From an uncultured virus (IMG/VR IMGVR_UViG_3300029939_000002) (taxonomy: Duplodnaviria > Heunggongvirae > Uroviricota > Caudoviricetes), in IMG/VR virus record IMGVR_UViG_3300029939_000002: DNA of 57,212 nt, one strand, 5' to 3'. This document shows positions 10,344 through 20,599 of this stretch, one piece after another. The position numbers were made by a program, and so were the translations under genes. How positions within the stretch are numbered: the first letter of the stretch is position 1; each line of letters starts with the position of its first letter. The notes below the pieces were generated by a model. The model was not told the DNA's origin, ran no database searches, and was given only the letters and a program-made list of their open reading frames with translations.

Positions 10344-11360
10344 TTAGTTGTAATTATGAGAAAGTTTTACAATAATAAGCATAGACAGATGAATACAATG
10401 TTCATAGATAGTATTAATAAGACGTTTCATATGATCGACTAACTCAGAATAATGCCGAGCATAATCTTTGTTCTTAGCAGCAATAATCTTCTCAACAACT
10501 GTATTGAACTTACTAAAGTTATGAACTGTTTTATTAAGATGTTCGATTATAGATTTAATACTATGTTCTGAATATCCAAAACTATTCCAGGTACCAGAAC
10601 TTGTAATACCATCGCCTTTAATAGTCGCTCCATGAATATCAATATTAAGTGATTTTAGGATATGATTAAATTCTTCTTCTATCTTATTTTCCATATGTCT
10701 AACATCATTATTATTAAAAGACTCTGAAGGCTTTAATGTTTCGATTAAACGAATTGCAATATCAGGAGCTTTACCACAATTCTCAATGATCTTCATAAGT
10801 TTGTGATAATCAATAGCTTCTACTTTTATAGTCTTAGCTCTTTCAGTATCATACTTCTTATGTTCTGTTTTCTTATAAGCTTCATCGATACAAGCCTGAG
10901 CATGTTTAACCTTATTAACCATCTTCAAAATCCATATACTAAAATCTTTAAATAAACCTTCAGTAGCAGCCTCTAATTCATTATTCTTATATTTAATATA
11001 AGCCTCTAAACCATCAACAACGTGCTGTGATTTATTCTTAGACATATCAAATGTAAAATTCTCTAAGGAAGGAATTTGGGGAACCAGATTCGTTAAACAA
11101 TTTTCTTTATTAATATAACTTAAAAATGATTTGTTAACGCCATGTTCAGAAATAATATCTCTTACTTCTGACATTCTCTCAAGACCATAACATAAAGATT
11201 TAATATTACTTAAATGAGTATCAACTTTTGAAGAAATGACTTTTTCAGAGTTCATGTTCATTAGTAAATTCTCTAAAGCAAATGACATTGATGAAGTATC
11301 TTCTTTAACAACAGCAACTTCTTTCTTATGTGTAATGTGAGGATTACCTTTAGCAAACAT
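10344..11360 (-). CDS. Putative virion head protein
   Basis: ALE, GLE, PSLENF and ATE processing-type sites in the N-terminal ~135 aa. Confidence 0.7.
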   Translation of the reverse strand: MFAKGNPHITHKKEVAVVKEDTSSMSFALENLLMNMNSEKVISSKVDTHLSNIKSLCYGLERMSEVRDIISEHGVNKSFLSYINKENCLTNLVPQIPSLENFTFDMSKNKSQHVVDGLEAYIKYKNNELEAATEGLFKDFSIWILKMVNKVKHAQACIDEAYKKTEHKKYDTERAKTIKVEAIDYHKLMKIIENCGKAPDIAIRLIETLKPSESFNNNDVRHMENKIEEEFNHILKSLNIDIHGATIKGDGITSSGTWNSFGYSEHSIKSIIEHLNKTVHNFSKFNTVVEKIIAAKNKDYARHYSELVDHMKRLINTIYEHCIHLSMLIIVKLSHNYN

Positions 11361-11881
11361 TATGGTTTCCTTTCAGGTTGTGCAAATTGAGCACAAATAG
11401 GTGTTTCGTGAGGACAGGTAATATTCTTATCTAATCTATCTGAAATCTTTTCTACTTTATCAGAAAGTCTATCAACAACTTTTGCTAATCTTTCATTTGA
11501 TTCAACTAATGAAGAAAACTGTCTATTGTATTCTTCACTCATATGTGATATCAATAACATAGGATTAAGATTATTATTTTCTTCATTTTTTCTTTCTATA
11601 AAATCAGCATCATCGCCACGTCTAGATTTAATATACTTTCTAGACATTGGGTTATCTTCATCATCTTCATATATGTCATCTTGTTTATTATTATTTTTAT
11701 CCACAAGGATCATAATAATATCTTTTACTCTACCCATAAAAAACATACTAATACAAAAAATAACAACAAGTGATATAATAGAAACAATTTGAACTATCTG
11801 ACTACTCGAATTAAAGTTTTTTAGAACTTCTAATAATACATCATGGGCTACTATGCTCCATGGGAGATCCTGGTGCTCCAT
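11360..11881 (-). CDS. Single-TM membrane protein with C-terminal coiled coil (holin-like architecture)
   Basis: Hydrophobic segment IVSIISLVVIFCISMFF; C-terminal heptads. Confidence 0.55.
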   Translation of the reverse strand: MEHQDLPWSIVAHDVLLEVLKNFNSSSQIVQIVSIISLVVIFCISMFFMGRVKDIIMILVDKNNNKQDDIYEDDEDNPMSRKYIKSRRGDDADFIERKNEENNNLNPMLLISHMSEEYNRQFSSLVESNERLAKVVDRLSDKVEKISDRLDKNITCPHETPICAQFAQPERKP

Positions 11882-12120
11882 GTAAAGTCTCTTGTGATAT
11901 GTATAACAAGATTTTCATACAATGGTTTTATATATAAAAAAGAGACAGCTGGGATATCCCAGCTGTCTCTCAGTTTCGACGGAGTTAAAAGGGACTTCGA
12001 CGTGAAATATACTCGACACAAAATAAGAGATGTGGCCAAGGGGGGAAACCCCATCTCAAAGACCTCTTTCTCTTGGGCCTGCAAAAAATGGCAGAGAGAA
12101 AAAAGATCTATAAGATATAG

Positions 12121-12162
12121 AACAGATGAGAACAGTCACCTAGGTGACTGTTCTCATCTGTT
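12121..12162. terminator. Perfect 42-bp palindrome
   Basis: AACAGATGAGAACAGTCACCTAGGTGACTGTTCTCATCTGTT. Confidence 0.75.
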
Positions 12163-12174
12163 AAAATGGCCACA

Positions 12175-12396
12175 TCACCATCTTTTGTTATTGCGAGATT
12201 TCTGATAAGTTTCTTCACAATCAACACATCGCTTAGCAGCAGGAATGAAAGATTTACGAGCAGTGATATCTTTACCACAAACAATGCATACATCAGTATC
12301 AGATTCTATCATTAGTTTAGCTGATGTTTTTCGTATCTGTTCAAGATTACGGTTCGTTATTATTTCCTGAGGATCTTTAGCAATGTGAATTGACAT
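12175..12396 (-). CDS. TraR/DksA C4-type zinc finger protein
   Basis: CIVCGKDI...R...P.A.RCVDCE motif; 73 aa. Confidence 0.85.
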   Translation of the reverse strand: MSIHIAKDPQEIITNRNLEQIRKTSAKLMIESDTDVCIVCGKDITARKSFIPAAKRCVDCEETYQKSRNNKRW

Positions 12397-12441
12397 GAGT
12401 TCTCATCCGATCAGAAGGGATTATACATATAATATTTTAAT

Positions 12442-13254
12442 TTAATCTTGGACATAATTCTTATTCTTAATAAATGTATCGATATCGCAACCAAGTACTT
12501 CTTGAAAATATGTATCTAATTTATATAAAGTTTCTTGATAAATCTCTTCTTCCGATTTATTGGTCGTATCAACAAAAATAAACTTTCTATTATCTTGAAA
12601 CTTAAATTTATGATGATTAAATGTATTTAATTCAGTTTCATCAATGAACCCTTCAACATTATACTTAACAATATTTCTATATCCTTCTAAAATATCTAAT
12701 TGATATTGGAGACCTCTATTTTCAAATTTATCTTCAGTTGTATTATTATCAAACTTATTCTTATCTGGAGATAATCTTTTAATAAAATTGCTATCATTGC
12801 CCATGGGACATAAGAGAATAGTAATTTCTGGAATCTTAAAGAACATCATAGTACTCATATATCTAAAGAAATCTATAGATAGTTTGCCAACAACACATTG
12901 ATATACAAATGTAGAAAGATCGTAACGATCGCTCATAATAATTCTACTATTGGAATTTTTAAGAATCTTTTTATTCAATTCGTTTCTACACGCCATAAAC
13001 AATAAGAATTCCGTTGTATTATCAAAATTTAAATCAATATCATTATTTAATAATAAACTTCGTATTGCTTCAGCTTCTTTCGTAGTACCAGGTTCTCTAA
13101 CAGGAATAAAATCTCTATGATGTAAAAAATAATCATGAACTTCCCAAGGCCCATTCGGATGATATATTCTAAATTTATCACCTATATATACACGCAAACC
13201 TTTCGACAAGGTACTTTTTCCAACCCTGTCCGGTCCTTCGATCGTAATGAACAT
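12442..13254 (-). CDS. tmk: Thymidylate (dTMP) kinase
   Basis: FITIEGPDRVGKST P-loop, REPG, E.LLF.A.R, SDRY.LS..YQ. Confidence 0.92.
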   Translation of the reverse strand: MFITIEGPDRVGKSTLSKGLRVYIGDKFRIYHPNGPWEVHDYFLHHRDFIPVREPGTTKEAEAIRSLLLNNDIDLNFDNTTEFLLFMACRNELNKKILKNSNSRIIMSDRYDLSTFVYQCVVGKLSIDFFRYMSTMMFFKIPEITILLCPMGNDSNFIKRLSPDKNKFDNNTTEDKFENRGLQYQLDILEGYRNIVKYNVEGFIDETELNTFNHHKFKFQDNRKFIFVDTTNKSEEEIYQETLYKLDTYFQEVLGCDIDTFIKNKNYVQD

Positions 13255-13293
13255 GGTGTTCCCCCTGATACTTTTGGAAAAAGAAAAAAATAT

Positions 13294-14070
13294 TTAAAAT
13301 GAGATAACCTTACCTTTTTGCAATAGTTGTATATCATCACGAATCTCTCTATTATACATTTCGTCATAATGATAAAAATATGATTTTTTAATATGATCTT
13401 CACTAAATAATCTTTTAATATCTTGAACATTAGCATGCACACCAGATGGATTTCCAAATTCAACTTCACTAAATATAATATCAACACCATCAAATATATT
13501 CGACAGTAATAATCTATATAGATCATCTGTCAAGTTATAATCACCAGTATAGAAAATTCTATTTTTTGTACTCACATTACAAATTCTTATAGCATTTGAC
13601 ATAACATTAAATTTGTTATTAGGAGATGATACATGTGGTAGTTCAAAACTATCAATAATCAAATCATTAAATACAAAACATTCTATATCATCATAAAAAA
13701 TAATATCAAAATAATCATAAATAGTTTGTATTCTATTAGAATTATTTGTAACTCTTAAACCGGGAATAGTTAATGTATTAATTAATTCTTTTGATGTAAT
13801 AATTTTAGTATTACCACCACAAAATCTATTTGAAAAAGCAAATAATTCTAAAGCGGCAATGTTGTCCATATGACAATGTGTTAAGAAAATATATTTAATA
13901 TCTTTAAAAGACAATCCTCTTTTACCCAATGTATATCTAACATCCATAGGGCAGTCGATAAGACCATATTCATCATTACATTTCAATAACATGTGGCTAT
14001 GATAACTTCCTTCTTTAAATGAAAAACAATTATTAATACCCAATGCTGTTATCTCGGCAGTTTTACTCAT
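13294..14070 (-). CDS. Metallo-beta-lactamase-fold hydrolase, Apyc1-like/RNase Z-like
   Basis: LIDC, THCHMDN (HxHxDH variant), LPH, FYTGD, SGVHA, YFYHYD. Confidence 0.8.
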   Translation of the reverse strand: MSKTAEITALGINNCFSFKEGSYHSHMLLKCNDEYGLIDCPMDVRYTLGKRGLSFKDIKYIFLTHCHMDNIAALELFAFSNRFCGGNTKIITSKELINTLTIPGLRVTNNSNRIQTIYDYFDIIFYDDIECFVFNDLIIDSFELPHVSSPNNKFNVMSNAIRICNVSTKNRIFYTGDYNLTDDLYRLLLSNIFDGVDIIFSEVEFGNPSGVHANVQDIKRLFSEDHIKKSYFYHYDEMYNREIRDDIQLLQKGKVISF

Positions 14071-14071
14071 C

Positions 14072-14539
14072 TTATTTAAATTGCTTAATATTATTACAAG
14101 CTTTACGAATACGATAATTAATACGATCTCTCATCTTGTCCATATCACGATCAAATTTATTAAAGATATTATCGATATAAATCGAAGATATCATACTAGG
14201 ACTAATAACATCTTCAATATTCTTAAAATAAAAACTGTCTTTTAGTTTATACCAAGTATTTACCTTATCTGCATCTGTTAATGAATTTACAACTTTAACA
14301 TTCTCTTTATCTCTGACATAGTCATCAATATTTACAATTACATCTTTTTCAAAATACGGATTATAATGGTTACCAATTCTAATATAGTATCCAAAGTCTA
14401 CTACTTTAGTAATATGTTTAGTAGCAAAAGTAGCGTAAATATCATTTACTCCAATATCACAATAACCAAGAACACTGCCACCATCTCCTCCACCACAAAC
14501 AATAGTAATGGGCGAAGAAGAATATACAGGTTCAACCAT
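14072..14539 (-). CDS. Hypothetical protein
   Basis: 155-aa ORF with GAGGAG SD; promoter motif at 14598-14605. Confidence 0.7.
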   Translation of the reverse strand: MVEPVYSSSPITIVCGGGDGGSVLGYCDIGVNDIYATFATKHITKVVDFGYYIRIGNHYNPYFEKDVIVNIDDYVRDKENVKVVNSLTDADKVNTWYKLKDSFYFKNIEDVISPSMISSIYIDNIFNKFDRDMDKMRDRINYRIRKACNNIKQFK

Positions 14540-14715
14540 ATCAAAATTCTCCTCTTCTGTCTTGTCTTTAGTTTATGACCGAAGTCTACTACTTCTAGTA
14601 ATATATAAGGGTAATGTCATTGAAATCTATAAAAAACAATAGCTAGGAGAAGTGAAGAAGATGTTGTCTTCTTCACTCTCCATGGCAAGGTATTCAAAAT
14701 AACTTAAAAGACAGA

Positions 14716-15177
14716 TTAAAAGAACAGTTTGAATTGTCCTTCAGATCCATCTTCATTTATGTAATATATACGTGAATATTTTTTAAACTTTATTATTATC
14801 TTAATTCTATTAAATATATTTAATGGTTTAAAACATAAATAATATTCTCTATAAAAATATGGTGATTTATATTCGATAATGACTATTCTTTTCTTATACC
14901 TAAATAAATTTAACCTTATATTTTGTTCTATCTTTCTAGCGATATCTATCCTAAATTTTGTTTCTAAAATATCTACTGGTTCTATGTATGTTGAAAACAC
15001 TTTTATGAATTTATTATTTTTACTATCCTTTATGGATTTTAAAATATTGTTAGCATATTCTTTAAATACAATAGGGATGTTTTTATCCAATTTCTTAATA
15101 TAATCACGAATACTTATAGATACCAAGAATGGTAATTTATTCTCTTTTAAGATATTTCTTTCTCGTTCTGTATGCAT
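14716..15177 (-). CDS. Hypothetical protein
   Basis: 153-aa ORF in tandem arrangement. Confidence 0.6.
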   Translation of the reverse strand: MHTERERNILKENKLPFLVSISIRDYIKKLDKNIPIVFKEYANNILKSIKDSKNNKFIKVFSTYIEPVDILETKFRIDIARKIEQNIRLNLFRYKKRIVIIEYKSPYFYREYYLCFKPLNIFNRIKIIIKFKKYSRIYYINEDGSEGQFKLFF

Positions 15178-15189
15178 TCATAATAAACG

Positions 15190-16161
15190 TTATGAATTGA
15201 TAATAAGGCGCTTATGTAACTTTTCAAAATCAAGTGATTTCTTATAATATTCAATAATTTCTTGAGGATCTGTTGTGATAGAATTAATAAATTCTTCGTC
15301 ATTTTTAAATTCTACTTTAATGAATTCCGTATCTTTATATTTATCAAAATTTATGTTCTTTTTAATGCTATCAGTAGATTCTCCAAAGATATAAACTTTA
15401 TCAACATTCTTGAAGTCAAAAACATTTGTTATAAAGTGCGATCTATCTATAATAAGAGCTTGTTTATGACTAGCATCTTTATTATTAAATGCCATCATAT
15501 CAAACAATTTTGATTTTATCGAAACATCATCAAAGTTACACAAACTATATGTATGAAATCCACTATGACTTAATGCATATCTAATACGTTTGTAGTTCTT
15601 TTCAAAACCAAAAGAATGATTATACTTTTCAAAATCATAACATATAACAATAATACGGTTTCCTTCAAAGTTATATTGTGCATTAAAATTTTCAATAAGA
15701 TCTAATTGAGCTTTAAAATAATGCTGTCTGATATAATGCAAAAGTTCTTTTAAAATACCACCAGTAGGGTACAGAAATGAAAAAATAACTTTATTGATAT
15801 CATAACTTAACTTAGTTCTATTGTGTATTCTTCTATAACTAGAAACAAGTTTATTCGCATATTCAGAAGCTTTGTCGTATGCAGTAGGAGAATGAACCTT
15901 AGTATTAAAAACATTAATAGCTTCACTTTTAAATGATTTATAAATAGGTAAATTTATCATCTTATTAAAAATATGTTTATCTCTTTCATAAATACTATTT
16001 AGATGACTTAAAAAATCTTGACTATTAATAATACTATCAATTGAAATAACTGAACCTTCAAAGGAATATTTCTTTTCTGCTTCTTCGCTCGCGACATATA
16101 AAGTAGTGATTTCTGGCATTTTCTCTGATCTCACAATACATGTTTTTTGTTTGTTATTCAA
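15190..16161 (-). CDS. Hypothetical protein
   Basis: 323-aa ORF. Confidence 0.7.
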   Translation of the reverse strand: MNNKQKTCIVRSEKMPEITTLYVASEEAEKKYSFEGSVISIDSIINSQDFLSHLNSIYERDKHIFNKMINLPIYKSFKSEAINVFNTKVHSPTAYDKASEYANKLVSSYRRIHNRTKLSYDINKVIFSFLYPTGGILKELLHYIRQHYFKAQLDLIENFNAQYNFEGNRIIVICYDFEKYNHSFGFEKNYKRIRYALSHSGFHTYSLCNFDDVSIKSKLFDMMAFNNKDASHKQALIIDRSHFITNVFDFKNVDKVYIFGESTDSIKKNINFDKYKDTEFIKVEFKNDEEFINSITTDPQEIIEYYKKSLDFEKLHKRLIINS

Positions 16162-16477
16162 AAATGATAAGACCTACTTTTGTCATGATAACATAATACT
16201 GATAACCATTTACTTTCTTATGATAATTAATTGTGATATCAAGATCTTTTTTAAACATATATGGAAAAGTAATAATGCCTTTAGAACCAATACAGTATGT
16301 TAAAACAATATCGACAATAGCTTTGATCTTATCTGCTATATCTTTATCAATAGAATTTTTAAATTCTCGTGAATTAATATCAGTAAATATATTAGTACCT
16401 TTTAGATCAGATTCTAGTTCTACAAAGAGTGTTTTAGCCAGAGCGATTTGAGCATCGATGAAATCGTAGATAGCCAT
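16154..16477 (-). CDS. Hypothetical protein
   Basis: 107-aa ORF with AAGGA SD. Confidence 0.65.
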   Translation of the reverse strand: MAIYDFIDAQIALAKTLFVELESDLKGTNIFTDINSREFKNSIDKDIADKIKAIVDIVLTYCIGSKGIITFPYMFKKDLDITINYHKKVNGYQYYVIMTKVGLIIFE

Positions 16478-16635
16478 TTTTAGGTAAATCCTTTTTAACT
16501 CAGAAAAACATCAACAAATGTGGTGTTCTCAATATTAAAGTATGTTCAAAATATGCCTCAAATAATATTCAGTGAAAATAATCATTAAAAAATATAAGTA
16601 AGAAGAGTTGGCACTAGCCAACTCTTCTTATCTTT

Positions 16636-16875
16636 TCAAAAAAATTGTATATAGAGTTCTCTGTCAACATACTCGCTCATGTCTCTGAATTTTACTAGTT
16701 CTGTATTTACTATCGTCATATGAGATGATAAAAATAAAACATTATCTTCATCATCTTTTGTTCTGGCCGAAACGTTTCTATATCTTATATCTTTAAAATG
16801 TTTTGGTACTTCGACATCCATCTGTCCGACAGCATCTGGTTTTACGATAACCGTGATCTTATCATCTGACATCAT
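16636..16875 (-). CDS. Hypothetical protein
   Basis: 79-aa ORF with AAGGAGG SD. Confidence 0.7.
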   Translation of the reverse strand: MMSDDKITVIVKPDAVGQMDVEVPKHFKDIRYRNVSARTKDDEDNVLFLSSHMTIVNTELVKFRDMSEYVDRELYIQFF

Positions 16876-16982
16876 CGAACCTCCTTACTTTTGAGAATAT
16901 TTAAATCTATAGAATTTTAACAGAATTATTAAGTGGGATAGTGGAGGAGTTTCCTTAAGGAAACTCCTCCGTGCCACCATAG

Positions 16983-18206
16983 TTATTTTCCGATTACGGA
17001 CTGAACTTTTGAGAAACTGGCCGGTGTCCACTTGTTATATCGACGCATGAACAACATGCCGAGACTTACAGTCTCGATCGTCCCGTCTTCGAATTTCACC
17101 ACGAAAGTTCCGTCGGTATTTCTCGCAGTAATACAGACTTCGTATCCGTCCTTGTCAAACACACCAGAATTACACCAAGTCTGTATCTGAGTATCCTGAG
17201 AAGGAGCTCCAACAACAGTCTCGATGTTATCTTTATCGAAATTCAATGTACGAATATCGATGGGTGCCGGCCGGCCAGAGGATTTACGAGGAGCCGGAGC
17301 TTCCTCAGTAGAAGAAACATTAGAGACGGGCTCCTGTTTTTCCTCAGGCATATCTGTCGGCTTTTCTTCGACAGAGTTACTGCCAACCGGAAAGACATCT
17401 TCGCCATCTTCGTCGACATCACCTCGATGCTCATCGTTCCGCAGAAACATCACTGGACCAAGTCTCTCAGTCCGAACTATACCAGGAACATAAAGAGCAT
17501 TCGACATTCTGGCAGCATCTTCTGTCGAAGAAACATTGGAGACTGTAAACTCATCTTCGATGTCTTCCTCATTATCGGGCTGGCGACTATTCTGTTGTTG
17601 ATACAACGAAACATCTCTAGTCTGATTCACGGGATGTCGTGTATATTCGCGACCAAGCATTTTACGCTGCTGCTCAACCACACCACGCAGAGAAGATTCT
17701 TCCGGTCTAAAATTGCAAATTTGTGCCAGATCGACGAGGTCGTATCCAGACGACATGATCTCGCGGCTGATCTGACCACTCACCACGGCAAAGACAGGGA
17801 CGACGCCGCGCTTGGAGAGGGTGTCTGCCAACTTCACAAAATCCGAATCATTCGTCGCAAGAATAACACGTTTATATCCTTTAATAGACAAGGTATCGCA
17901 AGCGATATCAAGATCCATATTTCCTTTAATAATAGTTCTTCCAGTAGCCTGATCCACGATGATCTTAGCATCTTTGGTAATCATTCGAAATCCATTTGTC
18001 GACAACCAACGATAAAAGCCATGATTCTTTGTGTATCCGTTTTCATCGGTAACAATAGATGTGTAATAATTAAACAACACAACATCGTAGTTATCAACAA
18101 AGTATCTACGAATAACATCCCAGTCAAAACGATTGTTGGGGTAGATAGAGATGCAAGTACTAGTGACATTAGCACCATCAATAACCATAAGGGTCGTATT
18201 AGACAT
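16983..18206 (-). CDS. NYN (LabA/DUF88, PIN-like) ribonuclease domain with long acidic linker and small C-terminal domain
   Basis: VIDGAN, KGNMDLDIACD and LATNDSDF motifs; start MSNTT has a GAGGA SD; promoter motif at 18268-18275. Confidence 0.88.
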   Translation of the reverse strand: MSNTTLMVIDGANVTSTCISIYPNNRFDWDVIRRYFVDNYDVVLFNYYTSIVTDENGYTKNHGFYRWLSTNGFRMITKDAKIIVDQATGRTIIKGNMDLDIACDTLSIKGYKRVILATNDSDFVKLADTLSKRGVVPVFAVVSGQISREIMSSGYDLVDLAQICNFRPEESSLRGVVEQQRKMLGREYTRHPVNQTRDVSLYQQQNSRQPDNEEDIEDEFTVSNVSSTEDAARMSNALYVPGIVRTERLGPVMFLRNDEHRGDVDEDGEDVFPVGSNSVEEKPTDMPEEKQEPVSNVSSTEEAPAPRKSSGRPAPIDIRTLNFDKDNIETVVGAPSQDTQIQTWCNSGVFDKDGYEVCITARNTDGTFVVKFEDGTIETVSLGMLFMRRYNKWTPASFSKVQSVIGK

Positions 18207-18357
18207 TTGCTTGTTCCTCTGAATATATTTGAACCGATATGCTGTTAAGCACATTTTCTTCAATTTAATAATATATATTTGTTTTATTTTTGAATACAAA
18301 AAATAAAGAATATCTATGAGATGCATTAGCATCTCATAGACACAACGGATGCTAAAT

Positions 18358-18603
18358 TTAAGCAACAGCCTCATCATACGTAAATCGATACTCGTATTTG
18401 AGTGCCAGGAACACAGCCTGGATTTTGTACAAATTTATTTCTTTGTCTGCTTTGTCGAGCTCGGACAGAAGTTCCAAAATATCGGAAACTTCGCACTTCA
18501 TGTCCATGGACAATTGTTTTATTGTTTTGTTTTCAGCACGCAGAACACTTCTGATCTTTGCCGCTGTATCGAAGCACAGTTGGGAATAACGAGCGTCGTT
18601 CAT
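18358..18603 (-). CDS. Small XRE/Cro-like helix-turn-helix protein
   Basis: KIRSVLRAENKTIKQLSMDMKCEVSDILELL pattern; AAGGA SD. Confidence 0.55.
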   Translation of the reverse strand: MNDARYSQLCFDTAAKIRSVLRAENKTIKQLSMDMKCEVSDILELLSELDKADKEINLYKIQAVFLALKYEYRFTYDEAVA

Positions 18604-18639
18604 GGTAGAAATTGTCCTTTTGTTGGAGAGGAAGAAGAA

Positions 18640-18960
18640 AACACTGAGGCTATCTCTTTTGATAGAGACACCAGATTGGGGGAGGTCTGGCTTCCGCAGG
18701 AGACGGTCCCGGAATCCGCACAGAAGACCTCAGTGTTACTTTCCGTGAAGCTTTATTTTGCAGTGTGACCGAGAGGCGTTGCCATGCTCTGTATGTCCCA
18801 GTTACACCACAAGCTATCGCATCTAGCTCTTCACGAAAATTACGATCCATCGAGTTAATGTCGACTTAACACTCTTTGGTTTTTTGATCTATCGACAATT
18901 GATCACTCCCAGTGGGAGATTTACCAATATCATCATCAGATGACACTGGCTGAGATGTAT
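18640..18960 (-). ncRNA. Structured RNA leader with two multi-stem domains
   Basis: Closing helices AACACTGAGG/CCTCAGTGTT (18640-18737) and TTTTCGTGAAG/CTTCACGGAAA (18740-18839); inner stems use G-U pairs on the minus strand; follows the promoter at 18987. Confidence 0.5.
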
Positions 18961-18986
18961 GGACACACATATACATCTACAATAAA

Positions 18987-18994
18987 GTAATATA
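18987..18994 (-). promoter_or_regulatory. Early promoter motif TATATTAC
   Basis: Exact motif match. Confidence 0.7.
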
Positions 18995-19013
18995 TATCTG
19001 AAACAAATTTGAA

Positions 19014-19274
19014 TTATAAAAGTTGTTCTACAATATAAGGTATTTTTCTTCTTTGTGTTTTACTCATTAAGAATAATACTTTAGCTAATACGAATCCTTC
19101 TTCATCGTCGAGTTCATCTGCTTTGTACAAACATCTTTTTACACTTTCTTTACTAATACATTTATTTATCATAACTTCTGACAATGAATACCATGTACCA
19201 TTATTACATCTATATGAAATAAAAAGATTAATGACTTCTGGGATGGTTGGTTTAATAAATACCGAAGACTTCAC
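19014..19274 (-). CDS. Hypothetical protein
   Basis: 86-aa ORF, GTG start with AAGGA SD. Confidence 0.6.
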   Translation of the reverse strand: MKSSVFIKPTIPEVINLFISYRCNNGTWYSLSEVMINKCISKESVKRCLYKADELDDEEGFVLAKVLFLMSKTQRRKIPYIVEQLL

Positions 19275-19299
19275 AATACGTTCCTTCTGCCTATTTTAA

Positions 19300-19629
19300 T
19301 TATTCTATTTTTGTATACCAGTACTGAAAAAATTTCTGTTGACAAACTGATCTACCCCCATCTGCATGAGTGACCAAATAATCACCAATAACAGGAGTAT
19401 AATCTTTTTTATGAAATCTTGAAAAATCTTCTTCTTGATATATCAATATAGCAGATTCTAAATTATGAGCATCATTTTTTAACATATATACTAATTTACC
19501 TTCTATATCTACGATATCAACAATTTGTTCAGCATCAACTTCTCTATGACATTTATGTTTCATAAAAATAACTACATTATCAGCTATTAGTTCAATAGTA
19601 GATAAATCAATACGTGAAATATTATTCAT
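19300..19629 (-). CDS. Small phage protein (P..GDY.V...DG..S......F...Y type)
   Basis: KCHREVDA N-terminal and PVIGDYLVTHADGGRSVC..KFF C-terminal pattern. Confidence 0.6.
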   Translation of the reverse strand: MNNISRIDLSTIELIADNVVIFMKHKCHREVDAEQIVDIVDIEGKLVYMLKNDAHNLESAILIYQEEDFSRFHKKDYTPVIGDYLVTHADGGRSVCQQKFFQYWYTKIE

Positions 19630-19742
19630 TTACTTTATCCTTTTTAAAAAAGTAAGTATTCTAAATTATATTCAATAGATATCTTTAAATAAAAAATAAG
19701 AGGAGAATACCCTGAGGGACATAATGTCCCTCAGGTATAATT

Positions 19743-20276
19743 TCAATATAATTCAATTCTAAATGCATCAGTATATCCAGAACTATTAAAGAATTTAGAA
19801 TTTATTAATTCACTATTTTCATTATAGAAAGAGATGCTATATTCATCACATTCTCCAAGATATGTTTCAAAATTAATGATAGCAGCATGGTGTGATTTAA
19901 TTTCAGAAGGATTACTTTTTGAATATATTCCTTCATTTCCTAAAATAATATCTGTTTTTCTACTTCTAAGAACATGTGAACATTCAATCCTACGGACATC
20001 GTGATCACTATCATTAAATACTATTGCAAGATAATCTCTTACATTTCTCATATCAATAAATTGTTCAACTGTATGATTTATCCCAGTAACATTACTATTA
20101 TTATCTAATACCAAATAATTTTTGGTATTTTTAACAATATTAGAAAGTTTTATTTTTTCTCCATTAATCAAATATATCTCTCCTACGAGAGAGAATTCTA
20201 TACATAATAATAAAATAATAACAAGAATAAATGATGCATTATTTTTATTAGTTGTTAGAATATGTTTAATATTCAT
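19743..20276 (-). CDS. Hypothetical protein with N-terminal membrane anchor
   Basis: FILVIILLLCIEFSLVG segment. Confidence 0.6.
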   Translation of the reverse strand: MNIKHILTTNKNNASFILVIILLLCIEFSLVGEIYLINGEKIKLSNIVKNTKNYLVLDNNSNVTGINHTVEQFIDMRNVRDYLAIVFNDSDHDVRRIECSHVLRSRKTDIILGNEGIYSKSNPSEIKSHHAAIINFETYLGECDEYSISFYNENSELINSKFFNSSGYTDAFRIELY

Positions 20277-20311
20277 GATTTGTTCCCCTTATTTTGAAAA
20301 ATCTGTTTAAA

Positions 20312-20599
20312 TTACTTAAAGATACTTCTATTATAATTATCCTGCATATCAATAAGTTGTTTTTCTGTAAACAATTTATCTATACTACTTAATTTTCTAG
20401 CAAACGATTTCGTTATATCACTAGTACCATTTAATATTTTTACAAGTTTTGACTCTGATATATTAAGAACTTTACTGAATTCTTTAGTTGAGGAATAATG
20501 ATATTTATTAATAAACATTTCTTTGATAATTATTCCAGGATGAATTAGTTCTGGTAATACATATGGACCATATTGAAAATCAAGATTATATATTACCAT
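20312..20599 (-). CDS. HigA/VapI-family antitoxin-like HTH protein
   Basis: IHPGIIIKE motif, HTH, I.NG...IT...A.KL, and Q..Y at the C-terminus. Confidence 0.8.
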   Translation of the reverse strand: MVIYNLDFQYGPYVLPELIHPGIIIKEMFINKYHYSSTKEFSKVLNISESKLVKILNGTSDITKSFARKLSSIDKLFTEKQLIDMQDNYNRSIFK

